A stretch of DNA of 62,156 bases, the filler included. It is 12 parts of 12 records of this genome, joined end to end, with 100 filler letters (N's around TTAATTAATTAA, not from the genome) between each part and the next. Parts side by side here need not be neighbours in the genome. Positions count along the whole stretch, not along the records: positions 54,310 to 62,156 come from SRR15195285_5813; 11 more parts are not named here. The stretch is one strand, 5' to 3'. Shown piece by piece: positions 54,451-62,156 of the stretch (the first letter of the stretch is position 1; every line of letters begins with the position of its first letter). Made by a program: the position numbers and the translations under genes. The notes under the pieces were generated by a model. The model was not told where the DNA came from. It ran no database searches and saw nothing but the letters and a program-made list of their open reading frames with translations.

Positions 54451-57400
54451 CTACCGGCCTCGAGAAATGCTCTCTGCGTTTGTCACCGTGTCCGAGTCGG
54501 TCTGGAAAGCTGCACCATTATCAATCTGCACGCATTCCACCTCGTGGAATTGATTTGTCGTGCAAGACTCTGTCGTGAGCTCGTCGATCCGCACGGGAGG
54601 GCCATTGGACAGACTGACCTGATTCAGTCGGAACTCGTTGTCCGCCATTGCCTGCAACACTTCCGACTGTCGTGCCGCCGTGAGAGTCGCCGTTGCAGCT
54701 CTGGCGACATCGAGGCGGTTCTGCACAGACGTTTGGTGATCGTACAAAGCTCGCTGCGTTTCGATGTGCTGCTCTAGGTTGGCAGTTTTCGCGCGTTCCG
54801 AAGACAGCAAATCCTGCTGAATCGCAGCAGCATTGGCATCTAACTTGCGGTGAAGTGCCTCAACTTTAGCGTCGAGTGACAGCTTGCTCGATAGAATCTG
54901 GGCAGCCACAGCATCCACTGTCGACTCAAGCAACGTATGTGTTCGCAGAGCTTTCGCTGTTTGAGTCGTTTCCAACTGCGCAAGTTCCGCTTCAGCAGCG
55001 GCAAGCCGCATCGTGTTGGCGACGGACGTCTTGGCCTGTCTCTGTGTAGACTCCATTGTTCTGTACGATTGGAATGCAGCGCTCGGCTCAAAAGCTGCAC
55101 CAGCAGAGGTATAACTTTTTGCACCAGTGGCTGAGTCTGTGCCCTGCGTTGGATCGGTAACATCGCACTCAGTGCCGATGAATCCATCGTAGCAGATGCA
55201 GTACCCGTCATGGCACAGCCCATTTCCGCTACATGCACCACTGCCGTCGGGAGAACAGCCCCCGCTGCGCTTTGTTCGGAACTGCACTTGCGTGGCGTCA
55301 AGCAACGTTCCGTCAGCGGACGTAAGATACAGCTGCAGGACATGATCGACCTGAGGAATGAGATCAATGAGGGACACTGTGAAATACGTGTCCGAGCCTT
55401 CTCTCGGGGTGCCACTTGCGCCCATATGCACGACGCCACTGATTCGATCAGGCCACGGTTTGCCATCCACACGGATCCTGACCTTGCCGTACGCTGGAGC
55501 ATTCCTCACTTCGTACGGGACAGTGATCGCTGCACTTTCATCATACGGCGTGGCGACAACCCCATTGCTGACAGTGTGGCCCATAATGACTGTTGGTAAC
55601 ACTAAAAGAGGGTTAGCGTCACTCGCGTCGCCCATGAAAGCTTCTATTGAGCAGTCGTCTCCAGCATAGTCTGCATCGCAGTAGCATCGCTCCACACCAC
55701 CGTCTGCCACACAGCTGCCGCGGCCGTTGCAGGCAGATAGTGACGCACAGGTTCCCACCACTGTTGCTGTGTCTGTGGTCAGACTAGCGGCCTGTTGCGC
55801 CTTAAAGAGTGTGAACACCACATCCTGCGTTGTGGATGAAAGCAGACTCAGATAAACCACTTGGTCGCCGAAAGTGTAGTGTGGCACTGCAATCGACTGC
55901 GTGGCTCCTGAAGCGCTGACTGTGGCAGTAACATCGTAGCCCCGTTCTGGCGAGACGTACTCTTCGCGGCTAGATCCGTACACTGTCAGGGAATCTGCTG
56001 TCATCATTTCCAGCGTCAACGTGACGTCTAGATCATGCTCGTCTTCGTGATTCGCCTTCCACGTCGCAGTCAGCGGCTCGTACCAATCTGTTCCCCACGC
56101 ATCCTGAGGTGAAGCGAGGTCGCTGGTGCGGGAGCCAGCACCAGAACGACTAGGCACCGACATGGTGACATCCTCAGGGCCCAACGGCACAGCCATGAAA
56201 TAGTAGGTGTCTGCGGTGAGACTAGCGGTGATCGGATTGGAGAAAGCAGTCTCATATGGAACACCGTTTGGCGCTGTCTCAGCCCCTGGAAGCTGTGTAG
56301 CTGCTACTGATATATCGTAGCTCGCAGCCTGCAACCCATACACGCCAAGATATATCTTGAGCTCATTTTTACTGATCATGCTGAAAGGTATTGGAACCGT
56401 CAATGTTTTCGGTGTACTGGAAGTCCAAGCGATACTGGATGTTGGGTACTTGCCGCTGTGTCCTATCGCGAGGTCACGGGTCGGCAGCTTCGTGTCGCTG
56501 TGGAACAGCTGCACGTTGCCAGAGTGAAGCAGGAGAGTGACAGTGGCCGATTTTGTTGAAGGTGATACTAGCACCTCGTAGTAGTTGAAATTCCCTGTAT
56601 CAACCGTTGAGTACCGCCGTTCCTCAGAAGTATCTCCGTTGGCGACATCCAAGAGCTCTGACTCCAGTCGATACCGGTAAACTTTAGCTTTGATGGTGTA
56701 AGTCGACTCGCCTAGATACGGCCCAATGTTCGCAGTCGACCCAGTTGGAACCGCCACATTCGTGTCGTCAGCACCACCGACAACGCTGATGTACAGCCGG
56801 CGATCTTCATCCGATTTGACTGTATGGATCAGCGTTGCTGTGCCGCCTGCGCTGGTGGCAGCAGATGCTTTCCAGTACCCCAAATCGGAGCCACCGAGAC
56901 TCCGCAGGGGGCTGGGGTATCGCTCAGTCGTTGATGTGTAAACGTTCAGAGTACCGGTTTGTACAACGACAGTCACCTCAATATCGGCGTCATTTGGTGC
57001 GTCCGAAATCACGTACTCGTAAAAGTCCGACCGTCCAGTTAGAACGGGCGAGGTTACCACCATCACACTGTCATCTGGAAGAAGACTTCGTGCTGGAGAG
57101 AAGTCCTTCTTGAGTGCGAGCAGCTCAAAGCGGGAGAACTTGCTTGCTCCATGCACCGCCACGTACAGTGATCGATGCGTGTTGAGATGCTCGAACGGGA
57201 TCGAAGATACGTAAAAGTTGGATACGCTTGAGGCGCTGTACGGTGCAGACAGGTACGAGGCCGTCACACTCACATCAGGCAATCCATCTGCAGACACGAG
57301 CATGTCGACTTCACCTGTATCTACACGCAGAGTAAGCTCGACTGAATGAGTGCTCTCTTCATAGTAGTACTGGTAGTACTGCACTTCACCTGCCTGGATC

Positions 57401-60400
57401 GCGTCTTCCGCTTCGCTCCAAGACTCCACTGCGCACTCACGCGGCAAGGAGTACGTCGCTGCTGGCCAGTGATTAATCGCATCGAAAACATCGGTGCAAC
57501 CACAATACTTCACATCGTAAACTCGCGTTGCACGCTTGTTGCCACGAGCGTTGGACGCCACGACGGAAATCGTTTGCGTGCCCAGGCTAACAAAAGTGTG
57601 CTCCATTGCCCGGCAATCGTGCGCAGAAAATGTTGGTTGGGTGCCGTAGTGGGTGTCAGAGTCGGTAGTCGGGATTGACGATCCAGAAATGCACGATCCG
57701 AGTTGACTGCCATCTGCTCTTTCCCATCTGTATCGAATGTTGGATCCACTACTAGACGCACTGAAGGTTGTCGCCCGACCGTCTTGGTATATACACGGCG
57801 GCCCAGATGCGATCTCAAGATCATCAATTGCCACGTCTAGGGTATAAAATGCGAGCGACTCTGGGCTCACGGGGCTCTCTCCCGCTAAATTGCTGAACGC
57901 TGTTACAAATTTGTATTTTGTTCCAGCGCGAAGGTTCTCTACGGTAACTGTGTTGTCTGCTGACGATGTGGAATCGTACGACGCCGGCGGCCTGATCTCA
58001 AGCCAGGTGGAGCCTGACAGCGAACCTGGAAGTGCCACAGAATTCGGTGCAGCCTCAAAGTACGTAGTTGGGTCTCGCGGAGCTTCTGTCCACACGTTGT
58101 CTCGGTCTCCGGACGAGTACGCCCCTATCCCTGCACGACTGGCAGGTTCCCACGTAGAGTCGACGGAGTGCCACGACGACGCGAAGAGCCGGTAAGACTG
58201 CAGAGTTGAGGTCGACGACGGCGGAAGCAGCTGCAATGTGATAGATGACGCATCCACGGACGCAACGACCGGAGCGCGCGGCGCTGGAGGGACTCCTAGA
58301 GTCGTGACCGTGAGCGTGGGGTGGCCGGCGAGCGACGCCTCCCCGACGGCATTTGATGCTACTACCATGAACGTGTACTGAGTGTTGGCCAGAAGTCCAG
58401 TGGCTGTGTACGCGGTGACAGATGAAGACAAAGCAGAGGCATCGGCGATGTCGCTATAAGTGGTCCCGCCGTCCGTGCTAATCCGAACCCTGTACGAATT
58501 GACAGGAGACCCAACCCCTGCTGTTGTGCACGTTTCAGCCGCGGAAGTAAGGTCCTTCGCAGCCAAATATTGCGTGCCCGCACAGTCAACGGTGCCGACC
58601 GTTGCCGGAGCTGACCAGGTCAGATGCACCTGGTTTGGTGAAGTTTGTGTCACAGCTGACTCTGAGCAGACAGTTTGGGCAGGAACGGTATGTGGACGTA
58701 GACCGTAGCTAGCGCTGCTCCATGCCGCAGCTGCGCCGAACACGTTGTAAGCTTTGACCTTGAAGAAGTAGTATACGCCAGGCGTGAGACCACGTACGGT
58801 GTGGGACCTCGACGCAGCTGTCCAGCTGGCTCCAGCTATCTGATTGCAGTCAGCTTCTGTCAGCGCAGTGGGATTCGAGCAAAACGCCTCAGTAAACACA
58901 CCGCCCAGCTCTTCAAAGTCAGTGTAATCAGCGATGTCGGTGTACGCGAAAGTATCGATATCAGACTCCGTCGCAGCGAAGTCACCGTCAGTCCCGGTTC
59001 TCATTTGCAGTCTGTACCCCAGGATTGGTGCCTTGTAGCCACCAAGGCGAGGCTCAGCCCAATTGACGGTTGCAGACGATGCTGACACATCAGTGAAAAA
59101 GATAGAAATTCCCGCAACTGCCTCTGGGACGTCGACGCTCCACACACAGGTACCGTCGTCCCTGGTCGCCGCTGGGTCGAAGTTTTTGGCTGTAGATATC
59201 GTGCAACCGCCATACTCAATTGGGCCCGATGCCACGGAGCCATAGCTTGGGTCGTTTTCCAAAGCGTTTGCGACCGCTGCCTGCAAGCTCAAGCTGTCGG
59301 TTCCGCCCGCAGGGATGAGCGCTACGTCTACAGTAGCAGCAGCTGTTTGTAGGCGCCGCCGGCTGCCGCCCTCCTGAGCGCGGCGCCGGCCTGACGCCGC
59401 GGCCACTCCACGAACCACAACCTGTTCTTTGCACGCAGCGTTGGCCATGCAAGTGCTGCCATACGAATCAAACTCAGATTGCGTGATCAACGTCAACGCT
59501 AGACAAATGTCGCGCCGGATTTCACACTTAAAAAGTTTCTGCGCGACCGAGCCTTCCACGAAGGCTGCAACATCTACCGAATCTTTGCCTACATACACCG
59601 GTGCTGCTTCTTCAAACACGCATGTCTCTTCGCGCGCATAGTCGTCAGCGACATCAGCATCGAAATTCGTCGCCGTCGGCACAGTACATCCTCCATTAGT
59701 ACAGATTTTGCAACCGTCTGGAGCTGCGGACCAAAAGTCATCAGTGTAATCACACATTGTGTTGTACTCGCTCCTGTACGTCCAGAATCTGTCCAGGGTG
59801 CAGCCCCACACTCGCTCGACGCACGTTAAGGAGCCGTACGCCCAGACGTTGGTGGCGTCATCATCGGTGCACGCACTTTCGGTGGCCACATCAACTTCAG
59901 AACCGGTTGTGGCGGTGCATGATCCAGCACACCCAGGGTCCGCTCCATCTGCATGAACCCATACCTGACCCTCAGTTGCGATGCATGATTTTTCGTTGAT
60001 AGCGTCAATCGTCGACCACGTGTTTGTTTTGTCGTCTTCTGCGCACAACGCTGGTGTGGTACCAGCGCTCACGGTAAGCCCGCTTGCTGCACGGCAGGAG
60101 CCACAAGTACCACACGCAGTGTTTGCTGTTTCATCATAGTTGAGGGCTACGCCTTTCGTGCAGCCAGTTGTCACGGCGATGCAGGAGTCAGGGTCTGACA
60201 GTGTGACGTCACAGTCGTACGTACTGGAGCATGAGTTGGAGCACTGAGCAAGGTGTCGCGAGTCTCTGTGACACGAGGCTTTGCAAGGACAAGAGCACTG
60301 CCCCCATGTTGCTCCATCCTCCTGCAAGCACATGTTGTAGTTGAACATGGTGTCGTCCCTGCAGCCTGATACAAACGCTACACAGCTGCCATCATCAGCG

Positions 60401-62154
60401 GTCGCATCGGGCTGGTAGTTTTGCGCAGCGGAGTCCGTGCATCCAAAGATGCAGGTTCCACTCACGTATGCCTGCTGATAACCCATGAGAAGGCTCTGGT
60501 GCTCGGGAGTAGTCTGTGCCTGCCGTCGGCTGCTTTCTGGCGGTTGTGACAGCCCGAGCCTCTCCAGAACGAGCGAGCCCCAGTAATCTTTCAACACTCC
60601 TTCTGTGTCCATGTTGGCATCGACGGAAGCACGCTGTTCATGGCCCTCAGCCCTGCGCCTGCCAGTGAAGGTTGTGGCGGTGACCTGCCAGTCTACAACG
60701 CCAATCCATTCTGCTGGATCCCACTCGGATGGGGTCCAGATGTTCCCGGCTGACGTCCACGTGTGCCCTGCCGAAGTCCAAATCCCAGGTTCGGCCAACG
60801 CGGCGCATTCAGCTGCTGTTGACGCAGTGGCATTTGAGCATGTGCCAGCAGTAGTGCAATTAGCCTCAATTTCAAAGTCTAAATTCGAGCAGGAACCAGC
60901 GCTGAGACAGGAAAACTCGTTATGAGGCTCTCCGTCAGAGCATGTTCCCAGAGCGATGCACTCGTCCTCACCTAGAGTGAAGAGCTCCTCGTCTGATAGT
61001 TCATCTAAGGCCCCGTTCACGTCTGTACACCAGCCGATTCCTCGAGTGATGTTGCTTTCGGCGTCTTCTGGCACGCCGGTACATTGCTCCTGAGTGTAGC
61101 CGAATTGTTCTTCACCAGCGCGCCAGTCTAGTGTTACTGTATGGTCCGACGCACAAAAACCGTTCGGTTTCCAAACCGCTATTTCCCAGACAGCAGCGAT
61201 CCAGGTTGCCGGCAACCACACGGCATCTGCCGATGTCCATACAGCGGGGGTCCAGATGGCTCCGTTGACCATCGCACAAAGCTCAGCTGTTGTCGCCGTT
61301 TCATCAGAGCAGCTGCCGAGGAAATCACAAGCTGACGACGTCACGTCCACGATCGTGACAGCGCCGCCTTGAGTAATGACGCATTCCCCCAGCGCCTCGC
61401 AGTGTGCTTGCGTTGGGGCGCTTTTGGTTGGTGTGCACCTGCCCGGGTCAGACGCCCATGATCCAGATGCAGCCGTGCACGTCTCCGTGTCGTTAGCGGG
61501 CAGCGTACACAGCCCTGCGACCGAGCACTCTGTTGCGTTCGTGTCAGCAAATGTGGTGTAATGCGTATTGTCTGTGGTTTGAACGGTGACGGCACACATC
61601 CCGGCGACGCCACAGTCATCCTCTATTGAACAAGTCCCGGCCATGTGGCTGTGCACGTCGCACACATCGCGCTTCAACCTGTTGCCAAGAGGCAGCGAGG
61701 TCGCCGTACACGTGCCGTCCGTCGACCACGTTCCTTGTGCATCCCCGCACACGCCGTCGTCCACAGGGAGAGTACAGGTACCAAGGGTGAGGCAGTGGGT
61801 CTCACTAGTCCCTTGGACCACCGAGCAGGTACCGTGGGGAATCCACGATGCCACAACCCAGGTTGCTGAGTGCCACTCTGTGACAGCTTCGGTCCACACA
61901 CCGCTGTGCCAGACGCGTTCGGTCCCACGAAGTTGATCCTGGACTACAGCGTCAGCGGATTCAGCCACCCGTTCGTCTTCTCCATCAACCACACGCGGCA
62001 AGCTACTGTCAGCCCGCGAAAAGTCTGGGGAGTCTGACCATGCGACTCTTCCCAGTGCTTCGCACTCCTCCCTGCCAAGCTCGAGCAGAGACCAGTCGCC
62101 ATCGCACTCCTCTTCTAGCGTTATCGCGCCGTTTGTTGAGCAAGATCCTAAATT
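54451..62154 (-). CDS. Giant extracellular protein (>2,560 aa): Cys/Trp repeats, GCxD repeats, 3 FN3, PKD-like, beta-sandwich repeats, 2 EGF-like, C-terminal coiled coil; 5' truncated
   Basis: The frame stays open from the window end (NLGSCSTNG...) to TAG 54451. GCTDSAAQNYQPDATADDGSC-type repeats; FN3 motifs (GLTPGVYYFFKVKAYN, GLLANTQYTFMVVASN, NLRAGTKYKF); EGF motifs CNGRGSC..CYCDADYAGDDC and CSGNGLC..CICYDGFIGTEC. Confidence 0.9.
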   Translation of the reverse strand, partial: NLGSCSTNGAITLEEECDGDWSLLELGREECEALGRVAWSDSPDFSRADSSLPRVVDGEDERVAESADAVVQDQLRGTERVWHSGVWTEAVTEWHSATWVVASWIPHGTCSVVQGTSETHCLTLGTCTLPVDDGVCGDAQGTWSTDGTCTATSLPLGNRLKRDVCDVHSHMAGTCSIEDDCGVAGMCAVTVQTTDNTHYTTFADTNATECSVAGLCTLPANDTETCTAASGSWASDPGRCTPTKSAPTQAHCEALGECVITQGGAVTIVDVTSSACDFLGSCSDETATTAELCAMVNGAIWTPAVWTSADAVWLPATWIAAVWEIAVWKPNGFCASDHTVTLDWRAGEEQFGYTQEQCTGVPEDAESNITRGIGWCTDVNGALDELSDEELFTLGEDECIALGTCSDGEPHNEFSCLSAGSCSNLDFEIEANCTTAGTCSNATASTAAECAALAEPGIWTSAGHTWTSAGNIWTPSEWDPAEWIGVVDWQVTATTFTGRRRAEGHEQRASVDANMDTEGVLKDYWGSLVLERLGLSQPPESSRRQAQTTPEHQSLLMGYQQAYVSGTCIFGCTDSAAQNYQPDATADDGSCVAFVSGCRDDTMFNYNMCLQEDGATWGQCSCPCKASCHRDSRHLAQCSNSCSSTYDCDVTLSDPDSCIAVTTGCTKGVALNYDETANTACGTCGSCRAASGLTVSAGTTPALCAEDDKTNTWSTIDAINEKSCIATEGQVWVHADGADPGCAGSCTATTGSEVDVATESACTDDDATNVWAYGSLTCVERVWGCTLDRFWTYRSEYNTMCDYTDDFWSAAPDGCKICTNGGCTVPTATNFDADVADDYAREETCVFEEAAPVYVGKDSVDVAAFVEGSVAQKLFKCEIRRDICLALTLITQSEFDSYGSTCMANAACKEQVVVRGVAAASGRRRAQEGGSRRRLQTAAATVDVALIPAGGTDSLSLQAAVANALENDPSYGSVASGPIEYGGCTISTAKNFDPAATRDDGTCVWSVDVPEAVAGISIFFTDVSASSATVNWAEPRLGGYKAPILGYRLQMRTGTDGDFAATESDIDTFAYTDIADYTDFEELGGVFTEAFCSNPTALTEADCNQIAGASWTAASRSHTVRGLTPGVYYFFKVKAYNVFGAAAAWSSASYGLRPHTVPAQTVCSESAVTQTSPNQVHLTWSAPATVGTVDCAGTQYLAAKDLTSAAETCTTAGVGSPVNSYRVRISTDGGTTYSDIADASALSSSVTAYTATGLLANTQYTFMVVASNAVGEASLAGHPTLTVTTLGVPPAPRAPVVASVDASSITLQLLPPSSTSTLQSYRLFASSWHSVDSTWEPASRAGIGAYSSGDRDNVWTEAPRDPTTYFEAAPNSVALPGSLSGSTWLEIRPPASYDSTSSADNTVTVENLRAGTKYKFVTAFSNLAGESPVSPESLAFYTLDVAIDDLEIASGPPCIYQDGRATTFSASSSGSNIRYRWERADGSQLGSCISGSSIPTTDSDTHYGTQPTFSAHDCRAMEHTFVSLGTQTISVVASNARGNKRATRVYDVKYCGCTDVFDAINHWPAATYSLPRECAVESWSEAEDAIQAGEVQYYQYYYEESTHSVELTLRVDTGEVDMLVSADGLPDVSVTASYLSAPYSASSVSNFYVSSIPFEHLNTHRSLYVAVHGASKFSRFELLALKKDFSPARSLLPDDSVMVVTSPVLTGRSDFYEYVISDAPNDADIEVTVVVQTGTLNVYTSTTERYPSPLRSLGGSDLGYWKASAATSAGGTATLIHTVKSDEDRRLYISVVGGADDTNVAVPTGSTANIGPYLGESTYTIKAKVYRYRLESELLDVANGDTSEERRYSTVDTGNFNYYEVLVSPSTKSATVTLLLHSGNVQLFHSDTKLPTRDLAIGHSGKYPTSSIAWTSSTPKTLTVPIPFSMISKNELKIYLGVYGLQAASYDISVAATQLPGAETAPNGVPYETAFSNPITASLTADTYYFMAVPLGPEDVTMSVPSRSGAGSRTSDLASPQDAWGTDWYEPLTATWKANHEDEHDLDVTLTLEMMTADSLTVYGSSREEYVSPERGYDVTATVSASGATQSIAVPHYTFGDQVVYLSLLSSTTQDVVFTLFKAQQAASLTTDTATVVGTCASLSACNGRGSCVADGGVERCYCDADYAGDDCSIEAFMGDASDANPLLVLPTVIMGHTVSNGVVATPYDESAAITVPYEVRNAPAYGKVRIRVDGKPWPDRISGVVHMGASGTPREGSDTYFTVSLIDLIPQVDHVLQLYLTSADGTLLDATQVQFRTKRSGGCSPDGSGACSGNGLCHDGYCICYDGFIGTECDVTDPTQGTDSATGAKSYTSAGAAFEPSAAFQSYRTMESTQRQAKTSVANTMRLAAAEAELAQLETTQTAKALRTHTLLESTVDAVAAQILSSKLSLDAKVEALHRKLDANAAAIQQDLLSSERAKTANLEQHIETQRALYDHQTSVQNRLDVARAATATLTAARQSEVLQAMADNEFRLNQVSLSNGPPVRIDELTTESCTTNQFHEVECVQIDNGAAFQTDSDTVTNAESISRGR

Positions 62155-62156
62155 AT

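Noticed and set aside
1-62156. Operon or gene-cluster logic across the whole window
   Set aside because: The contigs are artificially concatenated; adjacency is meaningful only within a contig.
1-62156. tRNA, rRNA, telomeric arrays, transposase or reverse transcriptase genes
   Set aside because: None recognised by eye; a tRNAscan-SE or Rfam scan is needed to exclude small RNAs.

Overview
This is not one locus. It is 12 unrelated short contigs joined by 11 artificial 100-bp spacers (N44-TTAATTAATTAA-N44): 1-4824, 4925-10792, 10893-17357, 17458-24390, 24491-28830, 28931-32791, 32892-36943, 37044-41893, 41994-46713, 46814-50381, 50482-54209 and 54310-62156. The DNA is eukaryotic and nuclear: gene-dense, GC-rich, with short GT-AG introns, microsatellites and CpG-rich upstream regions. 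It probably comes from a flagellated heterotrophic protist (inference). The ORF track breaks most genes into pieces, so I rebuilt exon chains by hand, giving about 22 genes. Housekeeping genes include GALT, Exo70, RPLP2, cyclin A, a USP47-like protease, a FANCJ/RTEL1-type helicase, a type II PI4K, a scramblase, a PhyH dioxygenase and an SDR epimerase. There are also several secreted Cys-rich or carbohydrate-active proteins. The most notable item is an 11-exon gene that fuses a DUF1653-like domain, a YecM-type VOC domain and a complete APS kinase. Other unusual architectures: a tetraspanin-like protein carrying CAP-Gly, EF-hand and PDZ domains; a TLC/choline-kinase fusion; a cathepsin with an inserted PAN/apple domain; a RING-LON protein ending in a CAAX box; and a >2,560-aa intronless FN3/EGF/coiled-coil protein. 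A ~77-nt hairpin-forming element recurs on two contigs. All domain calls come from reading motifs by eye; no searches were run.
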